Notes: generated by a model from the letters alone, not told the origin. A DNA stretch of 44,052 nucleotides, filler included, from Jimgerdemannia flammicorona (GCA_003990765.1; 2 parts of 2 records of this genome joined end to end with filler, not necessarily neighbours in it); one strand, 5' to 3'; shown: positions 13,401 through 24,478, numbered from the whole stretch's first letter. Program-made: numbers and translations.

Positions 13401-14155
13401 TACTGCTGGGTGGCACTCCTTTAATTGAGTTTGACATTGGTGATAGAATAGAATGCCAAAGGAGACCAGGCCAGGATCTGTGGCCTAGTGGTTGGCAAGG
13501 AGTTGGAATTGGTGAAGAGTGGAACTGGCATGGTGTTTGGACCTGGAGTACTGCAGTGAGAGTGTGGCTGCCGCCAAAGTACTGGGTGGTCTGGTGGCAT
13601 ATGCTGTGGAGGAATATTATGCTCAACTTTTGCTCAGGGTACCTTGTTGTAGGGGGTTGCTTCAACTGTGAGGAGTGCCATAATATAAGACAGGAGGGGG
13701 GTTATGTACAGATGCCCGAACATTGGCTAGGAGAGTGTGAGGTATTGGGGGATTTTTGGCAGACAATTGGGGATCACTTGGGGGTACAGGGTAGAGGTGA
13801 TGAAGTACAGGGGAGGTGGGAGGACTTGAGGGATAGATTGGTAGGGGGGATAGGGAAGGAGTGGCTTACTTTGGGTTGGGCTTTAGCTATTTGGGTGGGG
13901 CTGGCCAGTCATTGACTATTTGTTTTTGAGGATGGGAGGAGACAGAGCTTGGGGGACTAATTGCTGTGGTGGTATAGGCTTATGGAAGACACCTTAACAG
14001 GCTGGTGGCTGGGTTGGGAGATATGGAGTAGTCAGAGGCGCCAATTAGTGGAGAAAATCTGTGGGCAAAGTGGGGGGAGAGTTGGAGTAGTTGGTGAAAG
14101 GGTGATTTTTATTCGTGAGGAGATAGGGAGGGGCCCCCCTGTGGGGATTGGGTAG
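10500..14155 (+). pseudogene. LINE ORF2: AP endonuclease, reverse transcriptase and C-terminal Cys/His motif
   Basis: SLNVNG, GGDFN, TRID, SDH, GPGYWYLN (APE/L1); APGEDGL, LDQKKAYD, RGVPQGDPLSP, FADD, YLG (RT); CFNC...EHWLGEC. Many stops. Confidence 0.93.
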
Positions 14156-14214
14156 TGGGTAGGAATGATGTATATTTATTCATAGACTGGTAATAAAGGC
14201 AGAGTCTGAGTGAC

Positions 14215-14254
<40 letters not shown>

Positions 14255-14470
14255 ACAGTTGGCCTGGTACCAATAGACTTAGACATCATGAATAAAAAGA
14301 ACACCAAGCTTACCCCTGAAGAAAAGGACCATTTGAAGAAATCTGAAGTCTGTTTCTTCTGTTGCCAAACAGGACACATTGTAATCAAATATCCTAGGAA
14401 GACTAGCAAACCCTCAAGACCAGTCACCATGTTGTCCAAGAATATACCTGTCAATCCCACCACTAGTCAA

Positions 14471-14887
14471 CTTGAGCTCAAGGTCAAGAAGCTTCATCCA
14501 AAGGCCCAGGTTCCTCAATATTAAACAGAAGAAGCCATTGGTCTTGACTTATACTCAGTCAAACAAGTCACTATTCCAGCCAAAGGCTATACTCTGGTAC
14601 CTACTGGAATTACAGTTCAATGTCCTGAAGGATATTATTCTAGAATTATACTGCAATCAGGACTTAGTATCAAACATCATTTAGATATAAGTGCTGATAT
14701 TATTGACCCAGATTTTCAAGGACAAGTTCAAGTCTTGCTTGTCAACCAGAAGGATCAAGACTACACAGTTAAAGAAGGAGACTGAGTCACACAAATGATC
14801 CTGGAAAAAGCCAGTCAACTCAAGATTACAGAAGTCTAAGAACTCCCTGAAACCAAATGAGATCAAAAGGGGTTTGACAGTACTGAT
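14471..14887 (+). pseudogene. dUTPase domain of element A, between the Gag zinc knuckle and the protease
   Basis: Manual translation gives all five motifs in decayed form: AIGLDL, LQSGL, ADIIDPDFQG, GD*VTQMI, K*DQKGFDST. In frame with the knuckle upstream and the protease downstream. Confidence 0.9.
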
Positions 14888-16209
14888 CAAGCAGCAAGTC
14901 TTAGTGAAAATTGAGCTCAAGCTATGCTCATTTTCAAAGGCCTAGTCAAAGAAAAAGAAGTTCAAGTACTCATAGACAGCAGAGCTACAGGGAACTTCAT
15001 CAATCAGAATCTCATTGAAAGCCTCAAGATCCTCACCAAGCCTGTACCCAAGAATAATAGTATAGTTACTACAGATGGTACTCTGTACGCCATCAAGTCA
15101 ATTGCTGCCAAACTGCTCATCAAGATCCAGAAATATTGGGAACAAGTAGACTTTGAGATCACACCACTAGGAGATTATAATCTGATCTTAGGAAAACTCT
15201 GGCTTATGAAACACAACTTAGACATTGATTGATGCAAGAATGAAGTTATCTTACTTCAAGATAGAGTCAACATTATGATCAAGACAGACAAGACTATAAG
15301 CAAGACCCAGATTGCAATACTGTCAGCTATACAGTACAAAAAAGCACTTAAGAAGGCAATACATGTCTTTATTGTAATGATCTGCCCCAAGAAATAAGAC
15401 AAGAGACTATTAGTCAATAAAGCATCAAGCTACTACTGGAAGAGTTCAAGGATATCTTTCCAGACAAGCTACCTGGTCTACCACCTATACAAGAAGTTGA
15501 TCATGAAATTGAACTGACTCCAGGAGCTGTACTACTCAAGAAACATATATACCATATGTCACTACTCAAAATTGAAACAGTCAAGAAGGAACTAGAAAAA
15601 CTACTTATATAAGGAGCCATTCAGTCAAGCAAATCTCCTTATGGCTCATCAGTCTTATTCATCAAGAAGAAGGATAGTACTCTGCAAATATGTATAGACT
15701 ATCATGCACTCAACAAACTCACTGTCAAGAACCACTATCTGCTACTCTTGATTGATCAAATCTTTAATGCTCTCAAGAATGCCAAGTACTTCACCAAGTT
15801 AGACCTTATGTCAGGATACCACCAAATTTGAATCAAGCCAGAAGACATTCTCAAGACTGTATTCATAACTTCCTTTGGACTCTACAAATTCCTGATCTTA
15901 GCATTTGGTCTCACCAATGCACCTGCCACATTCCAGACTCTGATGAATAAGATATTCAAGAACTAACTATTTATTTTTCTGTTGATATATCTTGATGACA
16001 TCTTGATCTTTAGTATAACTAAAGAAGAATACCTCAAACACATTCAAATAGTCCTGGAGATCCTGCAAAAATATAAGCTTTATGCCAAACTCAAGAAGTG
16101 TGAATTCTTTAAGGAATAAGTGAAATACCTTGGCCACATTGTCTCTATATAAGGAATTCAAATAGACCCATACAAAATAGAAGTAATTGAAGAATGACCC
16201 ATTCTATCA

Positions 16210-17376
16210 GACTCCTTTCTCCACTACCTTACTAGTCACAATGGTTTGGTAGGCAATCTTCTGAGTCCACTTTCCACAATTATTACCCCCTCTACCTCAG
16301 GTTGGTTTGTTATACTTATAGAAGGGTAGTGGAAGGGAGATAATGATGAAAAGTTGTCTCTTTATCAGTGTCCAATCAGTGTCTTCTCTACTTTTCATGG
16401 TTTCTGGTACCTTCAGCTATATCTGAAGTGCATCTGTTTTGATGCAGCACCTTCTTTCTTTTGCCATCACCAATAAGATATTGTCTCAGTATATCTCAGA
16501 CTACATAGGGAGTTGGCTGATCTTGGGCATCAAGTGCTCAGTGTAGATTACCTATAGGTCCTCGGTGTCTGTAGTGGGGCCCTCTGACTTTGGTGAGCTT
16601 TCTGGCAAGTACAGTTCTGGCATAGGTGACTGCTTTTCAGGTGTTGTCAGGATGGAAGAGGAGATGGCTGTTACAGATAGGAGGAAGAGCAATAATAGTA
16701 AACCAGTAGGGTGTCAGGCTGGGGGCAGTTGTCAGGGCTGGGGCAGGTACTGCTTCAGTAGGGCCTTTTGATTAGTATGGTGTAGTTAGGTGGTAGGTGT
16801 CACTCTTAGCTTTGTTTGGTGATTCAGCAGGTTGAGTCTCAGTAATCAGAGAGAGTCAGAGGACCTGAGGCTACCCATTTTAGGCATTTTGGCTATACTC
16901 AACTGAAACTGAGAGCTGATATGGCAATGTGATTGAGGCCCACAGGCTTGAGTAGTGGGGTATTGAGAGTCTCCTCTCATCTCACATGTAAGTCCTTTAC
17001 TCATCTCAACTAGAAGAACCAGGCCCTACCTACTATGTTGTGCTTTGATGAGAGTTTTTTCTTTATCTATCATTCTCTTTGAGATGGCAAGGGCTATTCT
17101 ATTTGACTTGGGTATGACCTTATATATATATTGGGTTTTTGGGCATGTGCTTTCAGTTGTTGGCATATGGCTGGGATTTCTTTGATAGTAGGGAGAGCAT
17201 GGTGTACAGAATGAGATATAGACCAATATAGGCCCTACTACACTTGGCATGGTTGAGCTGCTGGACAATAGCTAGTCTAGGTTAATGAGAGGGCAGTGCT
17301 TGATGGGTGATGGGAGAGGGTTTTGGCCTATATAGTCTAGGTTTCCTTCTAATAAAAATCTGCAAGACATTGAGTC

Positions 17377-17416
<40 letters not shown>
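16210..17416 (+). mobile_element. Short non-LTR insertion of a different LINE-like family with poly(A), possibly 5'-inverted
   Basis: 17-bp TSD AATGACCCATTCTATCA (16193-16209) / AATAACCCATTCTGTCA (17417-17433); AATAAA then poly(A) from ~17380. The pol sequence resumes after removal. Confidence 0.8.
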
Positions 17417-17420
<4 letters not shown>

Positions 17421-17627
17421 ACCCATTCTGTCAAACCTCACAGAACTCTGATCCTTTCTTGGTCTAGCTGGCTATTACTGCTGCTTTGTCAGAAACTTCT
17501 CTGGTATTGCTGAGCTACTAACTAACCTCATGAAGAAGGCCCTATACTCAGACCACTATATATCCTACTCCTGGGATCTCTTCTATCAATAAGCCTTTCA
17601 AGAACTCAAGAACCACCTGACCCATAC

Positions 17628-18015
17628 TAGTGCTCCCAACGAATCAAATCAAATCAAATTTGGCCCAAACTCGATTTGATTCAATCAAATCAAGTATCCA
17701 ATTTGATTCAATTCAAACCGAATCAAAGGTCCAATTTGATTTGAAGTTTGATTCAAACCTTAATTTTCAAAATGTAATAACTCAACGAAAACTCATACAA
17801 ATTTAACATATTTTAGCTTGTTAGATTCACTGTATTAATGTTATTCTAACAAGCTAAAGTACATTAGATTTGGATGAGTTTATGCTGAGTTATTGCATTT
17901 TGAAATTTGGGTTTTGAATCAGACCCTTAATTTGATTCAACTTTTGATTTGATTCAAATTGATTTGAATTGAAAAATCCCCGATTCAAATTGATTCGACT
18001 TGTTTGGGAGCACTA
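17628..18015. mobile_element. hAT-type MITE (388 bp)
   Basis: TIRs TAGTGCTCCCAA / TTGGGAGCACTA, perfect 8-bp TSD ACCCATAC (17620-17627, 18016-18023), subterminal GAATC/GATTC arrays and a long internal palindrome. Confidence 0.9.
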
Positions 18016-20200
18016 ACCCATACTCCAGTCCTGTATAATATAGATCAAGATCTAAAATTCACAGTCACCACTGATGTGTCAAATTTTGCTATTGGAGTAG
18101 TCCTGTTATAAGATGATGGCAAAGGACATCACTCTATTGTTTTCAAGTTCTGCAAGCTGGCCCCAGCTAAATAAAAGCTAACTACTCATGAGAAGGAACT
18201 ATTAGCAATATTATATGCACTAGACTACTGGCAATGTTATCTAGAAGATATTGAGTTTGATGTCATTACTGATTATCAATCTCTTAAGTACATCAACACT
18301 CAACCTACTCTATTACATCTATAAGCCAAGTGGAGCCTCAAGCTTCAAACCTTCAATCTGATGATCATCTACAAGCCTGGCAAGACACTTGTAGTACCAG
18401 ATATCTTATCAAGATGCCCAGACCTCACCACAATTATGTAAGTCACCTTGGCATCAGAATTTCTAAACCAAATCAGGTAAGCTTACAAAAAAGATACAGT
18501 TGCTACTAGAGTTTTCTCAAACAAACTCAAGGATATATATACTGTTGAGAACAACCTGATCTATTATCAAGACCAAGTCTATCTACTTGAAAATATGAAT
18601 CTATGCTATAAGATTTTGTAAGAATATCATGACTTCTCTTTCACTGGTTATCTGGGAATTGAGAAGACTCTCAAGAATATCCAACACCACTACTATTGAC
18701 TAAATATGGTCAAGAAAATTAAGAACTACATTACCAGCTGTAATCTATGTCAGTACAACAAGTCTACCAACTAAGCATCTACTAGTTTGCTATAACCACT
18801 GCCAATTTCTACCAAGAAGTTTGAGTAAGTCACTATAGACTTTGTAACTCAACTACTATGAACTCAATCTGGTACTGATACTATCATTATATTTGTTGAC
18901 TGCCTGATCAAGACTATGGTTACTAAACCAACCACTACCAATGTTACTATACTCGAGATTGCAAGAATCTTCTTCAAGTCTATCTTCCATCACTATGGTC
19001 TACTATAAGTAATTGTTAGTGATTGTGACCCTAAGTTCACCAGTCACTTCTGGCAAACCCTCTTCAAGACTCTGGGAACTCAATTAGCTATATCTACTGC
19101 CTTTTATCCACAAACTGATGGACAAACTGAGTGCATGAACAGAACTCTAGAACAAATGCTTAGAAACTATATTTTTTATAAATAAGATAATTGGGACATC
19201 TATCTGACTTATGCAGAGTTTGTATATAACAATGCTATCCAATCATCTACTGGTCTATCCCCTTTCCAGTTACTCCACAGTTAAGATCCTGAGACTCCTG
19301 TAAGTCTATTCTCTTTTAAGAAAACCAGTCAAATATAAGTCCTAACTACCAAGAATCTTATAGACAAAATAGATGAACTACTCAAGATTGCTACTGTAAA
19401 TCTTCAGAAAGCTAAACAGCATTAAGCCAAATATACTGACAAGAAACACTGTGATATCACTTATACTATTGGAGATTAAGTCCTACTATCTACTGAGAAC
19501 CTCAAGATATAATCTCAAGTCAACTGTCCTTTGAACAAGTTCCAACCTAAGTATATTAGACTTTTTAAGATTACTGAACAAGTCTCTGCATCCTCCTATC
19601 ATCTCAAGCTATCTGAAACCATGAGAGTATATTTAGTTTTTCATATGTCACACCTTAAGACCTAGAACCAGTCACCACCCTATCCTGGTCAAATTTCTAA
19701 GCCTTCTATCCTTGTAATTATTAAAGACTATATTGAGTATAAAGCTGAGAAAATCCTTGATAAATAAATCTGCTACCACTATCCTGAATATCTAGTCAAG
19801 TGGATGGGTTATCTTGAATATAATGCTATCTAGGAACCACTTGGTCAACCTTAAGAACTCTCAAGAACTAGTTCAAGACTTTAAGGTAAAATATATTGCC
19901 CAATCTCTATAGTGACTTCTTTGGATTGTTGATGACCTACAGCAATGATCAGTATCTTATACATTAGAAGTTTACTTTGAGACCCCAGAACCAGCAAAAT
20001 ATTTAATAAACAAAAAGTCCACTGAAATGAAGCTACTAGCTGGGTTTGAACCTCTCCCAGTTGATTAGTCTGGTAATAAATTCTTTGCTCTATATAAGGA
20101 TGGCTAATCTCTGTCAATACACTGATACAAGTTTGAGAAATTTTGGTTAAGTATATTTAGTCTTATATTACCTAAGAACTCAATGAGGACATTAGTTCTT

Positions 20201-20213
20201 AAGGAGGAAGAGA
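20201..20213 (+). promoter_or_regulatory. Polypurine tract of element A
   Basis: AAGGAGGAAGAGA directly before the TG of the 3' LTR. Confidence 0.85.
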
Positions 20214-20677
20214 TGTAATAATTTCATAGTCATATTTAGTCTTAGTACATTTTTGCATTTTTTAGTTAGTCTTTTCTTATCATTTCTTGAATATTCTACT
20301 ATATTCTATCACCTTTTACATACTTAAAAACCTTCTCTCAGTACCCAGACATTACTAGAACATTCTTGTCTTTTCTTGACACTAAGTATCTTATCTTAGC
20401 TAGTGATGGAATCTTTCAGAACATTGTAGAATAGTATTAGTCAGCTTTGTTAAGAACCTATTTCTTGGTATTTCTCTTTCTTTCCAAGATCCTTCTGGAT
20501 CTTTCTTTCAGATCATGTATAAATATTCTTATTCTCTACCTAAATAAAACTCAGAATATTTTCTCCCAGAAATCCTTCAAGAACACTTGAACCTTTAAGT
20601 ATCTCTTTGAGCTACTTTAAGCCCACTAGAACTTCCAGATTTAGCTACTTTCTCTTAAAGAAACTAGAACTATTACA
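20214..20677 (+). repeat. 3' LTR of element A
   Basis: TGTAATAATTTC...ACTATTACA, same length as 7027-7490, followed by TSD AGTTT. Confidence 0.95.
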
Positions 20678-21900
20678 AGTTTAAAAGAAATTTCTCTTTA
20701 GTAAGTAGAGTAGTAGTTTTGAATATTTACTGACTACTGAAGCTATAGTATTTAGACTATTATTTAGACTTTTCTAAATAGATAGTAAGAAGGTTAAAGA
20801 AGATTATTGAAAGATGGCTATAGAGAGAAAAGTAGTTATAGATTAGTTAGAAGATATTAATAATCTAAGTAACTAATAGGGACTTAAATCTGATAGACTT
20901 TCAGAGATAGCTGAAGGTTCTGAAGAGTTAGTGGGACCAGAGATTGATAGACTTAAGAGAGGAGAAATAGAATAGACTGACTATAGACAATTGAGAGATC
21001 AGGTTCTATCTTTATAATAGAGTAGAAAGACTTAAGAAATTTACTCAAGTAGAGAGTATCAGTAGACTATAGTATAAGAAATTTTAATAGAATATTATTG
21101 AGATCTGATTAATTATAAAGCTAGTTAAATAAGAGATAGAAGATAGAGAGAATCTAAAGAGAAATTAATAGAAGTTAAAATTGCTCCAAATTAAAGACAA
21201 GAGCTTAAAGAAGTACTTGCTAAAGGAGATAATAGAATAAATGAGAGAGAGACCTCTTGAGAGATAGTCAGTAGACTGGTAGAAAACAAAGATTAGTAAA
21301 ACTTAAAAGTAGAAAGAAATTTAATATTAGACTAATACTTTATAAAAATAATATCTCTAAGATACTAAATAATATGGTGATAGTTTTTAAGAAAAAATAT
21401 GATATTGAGTTACAGAACAGGCTGGATGATAGCTGATGGCTGCCATAATTATAAATAATATATAGAGCTTCAAGAGAGAGTAGTATAGATATTAAAATAT
21501 ATTTTAATAGTCTGCTCTAATATAAAAAATTATTTAATAAAGTATGAAGGAGTATTAGAGCTCCAGAGATAGGAGATCAGGGAATACTGTTGAGATGGTA
21601 ATCAGAAGGAGATTGGTAGAGAAGACTGATAATATATATAATGTTAAATAGATTCTTAATATCTGAATTCTAATAATTATATACTAATAATAGATTTTTA
21701 ATAAGAAGTAATAAATAAAGATTAGAGAGCTAGTAAATAAATAATAGTGGTTACTTTGAGAAGTGGTGCAAGGGTGGTGATACCAGAGGAAGAAGAATCA
21801 ATTGAGTACTCTAAAAAAGGTATAGAAGATTATATTAGGAAGTCAGAGTTATATAGTATTAAATGACCAAGAGATAAGATAAAAGAAAAATATTAGCTAA
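20678..21900 (+). mobile_element. Continuation of the old LINE ORF2, post-RT region, heavily mutated
   Basis: GTTTTGAATATTTACTGACTACTGAAGCTATAGTATTTAG matches GATTTTGAATATCAACTGGCTGCCAAAGTTATGGTACCTGG at ~12930 and continues the sequence broken at 7026. The right boundary is approximate. Confidence 0.7.
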
Positions 21901-21979
21901 AGGATTTGCTTAGGCTCTAGGTCTCTATCTGCTTTATGTAAGTTAATTTGCTTTTTTTTTTTTTTTTTTTTTTTTTTTT

Positions 21980-22079
21980 NNNNNNNNNNNNNNNNNNNNN
22001 NNNNNNNNNNNNNNNNNNNNNNNTTAATTAATTAANNNNNNNNNNNNNNNNNNNNNNNNNNNNNNNNNNNNNNNNNNNN
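21980..22079. other. Assembly gap with an artificial six-frame-stop linker
   Basis: 44 N + TTAATTAATTAA + 44 N = exactly 100 bp, flanked by poly(T) and poly(A). Confidence 0.92.
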
Positions 22080-22100
22080 AAAAAAAAAAAAAAAAAAAAA

Positions 22101-22544
22101 GAGAGAGAGGTTGCTGGGAGGATTTGAAATCTAGGCTAGTGGGTGGTGTGGGTAATAGCTGGCTCACTTTAGGGTGGGTTTTAGCAGTATGGATAGGGCT
22201 AGCTGAACATTGGCTCTTTGTTTTCAAGGAGGGGCGACAGATGGATTTACAGGAGAAGTTGTTAAGATGGGAAGGGTTGATAGAGGATTTGATGACTGGG
22301 TGGTGGGTGGATTGGGGTCCTCAGGGTGGCAAATGTCATTGTCTGGTGGAAGGGATCTGCGAACAGAGTGGTGGGCAGATGGAGATAGTGTTGGACAAAG
22401 TGATCTTTCATAGAGTGGGAGTGGGTAGGGGGGGCCCCCCTAGGGGGATCGGGTAGGGTTGGGCTTTGTGTACTTTTAGATGATAAATGGTATATTAATA
22501 AAGAGAGAAGTCTAAGTGACTATAAGAAAAAAAAAAAAAAAAAA
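22101..22544 (+). mobile_element. 3' end of an L1-clade LINE (sister subfamily) with poly(A)
   Basis: RLVGGVGNSWLTLGWVLAVWIGLAEHWLFVF...GRGGPPRGIG* matches 13830-14155; same terminal motif AATAAA...GTCTRAGTGACTATA-poly(A). Confidence 0.9.
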
Positions 22545-23082
22545 GTTCACTCTGAAATTGCTCTAGCAATCTGGTCTACTCCAGCTGCTCTGACCCTTGA
22601 CCAGAAAGTGGTCTTTGCACAAAGATATTAGACTACCAGACATCCTGCTGAACACTCAATGAAGAAAATAACTGGCATCAAGATAGAGCCATCAAAGCCA
22701 ACCAGTATCATACCTACTAAGTTATAAATAGACAACCATCCCCACCTACCCCCAAGACAGCCAAAGCTGATCCAGTAGAGGAACTCACCAAGCAGTTTGC
22801 TGAGATGACTGCACATCTTGGTGATATTGTTAGAGAAGTCTGAAGTGCCAACAGGAGACCAGTACAGAGATTTGCAGTTGCTACAGAAGAATGCAATATC
22901 ACATGCTTCAGATGTGGAGAAGAAGGCCACTATGCAAAGAGTTGCATGACTGAAACAAGACACAAAGCCCAACCAAGCAATGCTACCAGAACCAGAGAAC
23001 AAACCAATACAGTAGTCATCGAGGAGATTGGTGACACTGATGATGAAGAATACTACGAGGACTCAGCGACCACTACGTGACA
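22545..23082 (+). mobile_element. Deleted remnant of the element-B family: gag fragment fused to the last 25 bp of an LTR
   Basis: 22545-23060 is the reverse complement of ~38790-39308 and includes CFRCGEEGHYAKSC. 23058-23082 AGGACTCAGCGACCACTACGTGACA is the reverse complement of 27175-27199 with one mismatch. Confidence 0.88.
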
Positions 23083-23459
23083 CTATATATAAATACACAA
23101 CAAATTGCTAATCTCGGAAACAAAATATTTTTCAAACTATTGATTGATTTTCTCGACCCCCGCGTTGGCAAGAACGTTGGATTTCGCACTAGAAGCCGAA
23201 AGTAGCCGAAACAGGGTTCTTGTTTTTGAAATTGGCAAGAAATCCGGTATCAGTTCCGGTGAGGGAACCGCTTCCGCTGATACGAAGAACAAGTCGAGCT
23301 GCTTGACAAGCATCATGCGCGAGCTGCGCCGAGCGTACCTGTTGGTTTAATAGTAGTATATGAAATAGAATCTTTTTATTTCAACTTTGCAACATGGTGG
23401 TTGTTTTTTTGTATATTACCCCCAACTCCAACAGTGGGATCTCATCCCACATTTAATTT

Positions 23460-23804
23460 TCAATGGGAGCCCCCCCCCCCCCTCTGGTCAAAGCGCTCTT
23501 CAACGAAGTTCCAGAAGATTGCCCAGTTCAGGCGGTCGCAGGCGCTGCGCTCCAAGGATTTGAGCTTTTTCAACATCTCCTTCCGATTCATATTTCCTTG
23601 CCACCAGCTTCTCCAGTCAAGCACCACAAAATTGCCCCAGCGTTTTCGGTTCTTCACCAAGACCTGGTCGTGGATCATCTGGATTAAGCGCACTACGAAC
23701 ACTCCGTACACCTCCATCGCAGGGCTAAGGCAGGAAACCTTATCTACAGGATGTGCGAGGGGCAGATGTTTTGAGGCATTACGACGAGAACATATGTTTC
23801 CCAT
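23460..23804 (-). pseudogene. Truncated paralog of the 173-aa orphan protein (starts MGNICS)
   Basis: Aligns with 25580-26101 (LSP.MEVY...IHD..LVKNRKRWG.FVVLD...MLKKLKS.ER.ACDR.NW..FW.FVEERFDQ). Has an internal deletion and ends in a G-run. TATAAA ~55 bp upstream. Confidence 0.75.
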
Positions 23805-24478
23805 GCTAAGGATAGGAATACGTTGGGCCAAGGTATAAAATAGACAGACTGTGATGGTTTATAGATATAGGAGCCTATGCCTTATTACGCCGCGACCACC
23901 CACACTCTTCCGTTATCTTTGCCTGTCTGTCCCAGTCTGCCGAATTTAGTGACTTCATTTCACCGGGTAATTATATACATATAGAAAACTTCGGAACTTC
24001 GAGTCGTTACTGATTAACAACAGTCATATTCACGATACACCTAACACCCAGATTAAGGAGACATATACTGCTGGGCGTGCCGTGCACAAGGCCGCTAGCC
24101 AATCAACTGTTTGAAACTTCGAGGACATGAACGGCGTTCTATAGATTCGGATCAGGATCGGATCGGATTATCAGATCCAAATCGGATGATACATTTTACT
24201 GTGAACCGTTCGGAGCCTTACTTCCTCTACAGGAAACTCGAAATAAATACAAAATGAAATTAGTGGAATACCCATGGGTGATCTTATCTATGTCTACAAT
24301 ATTTTATGAGTCAGTAGAGTAGCATCATCATGGCTTTCATCAGTCCAGTATGCAGAAAGAGAGGGTTCAAAATGGCGAACATTCCCTTCACATGGGTTCT
24401 AGGTTGCATAAAAAGGGAATGTTAAAGGGTCAATTATTCATAAGCTCGGATTGCAACTAGTGTAGGTGAAACACGTAC

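Larger units (their letters stand above)
8347..14249 (+). mobile_element. Full-length L1-clade LINE with poly(A) tail
   Basis: 16-bp TSD AAAGGACAGTTGGCCT at 8331-8346 and 14250-14265; two ORFs; AATAAA at ~14192; poly(A) from ~14218. Confidence 0.95.
7539..14470 (+). pseudogene. Element A gag (7539-8346 plus 14266-14470), split by the LINE insertion
   Basis: KPDTFD...WTFQLDQYF capsid-like region. After the LINE it resumes with GLVPIDLD (PMDLD-like) and the decayed zinc knuckle CFFCCQTGHIVIKYP. Confidence 0.85.
14924..19870 (+). pseudogene. Element A pol: protease, RT, RNase H, integrase and chromodomain, interrupted by a LINE fragment and a MITE
   Basis: LIDSRATGNF (PR); [24 protein letters not shown] (RT); TTDVSNFAIG, EKELLA (RH); HYY*L, SDCDPKFTSHFW, YPQTDGQTE (IN); EYKAEKILD...YLVKWMGY (chromo, ~19730-19850). 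Confidence 0.92.
7027..20677 (+). mobile_element. Ty3/gypsy chromovirus LTR retrotransposon (element A): gag-dUTPase-PR-RT-RH-IN-chromo, defunct, with three nested insertions
   Basis: Paired 464-bp TG...CA LTRs, 5-bp TSD AGTTT (7022-7026 and 20678-20682), PBS, PPT, and domain motifs in gypsy order. Confidence 0.95.

Noticed and set aside
14210..14260. Poly-Lys or poly-Phe ORFs (also 17307-17513 and 22024-22227)
   Set aside because: Translations of retroposon poly(A) tails or of gap Ns.
17640..17760. Short GAATC/AAATC repeats as a CRISPR-like or satellite array
   Set aside because: No repeat-spacer periodicity; explained as subterminal repeats of the MITE.
22024..22035. Palindromic TTAATTAATTAA motif
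   Set aside because: It is centred between two 44-N runs and has stops in all six frames, so it is a scaffolding linker and not biology.
21900..22544. Treating the LINE 3' end at 22101-22544 as the continuation of the old LINE ending near 21900
   Set aside because: They are separated by poly(T), an artificial gap and poly(A), and the mutation loads differ strongly, so they cannot be linked.
24144..24190. GGATC-rich short repeats resembling a MITE end
   Set aside because: No matching TIR partner or TSD could be found by eye.
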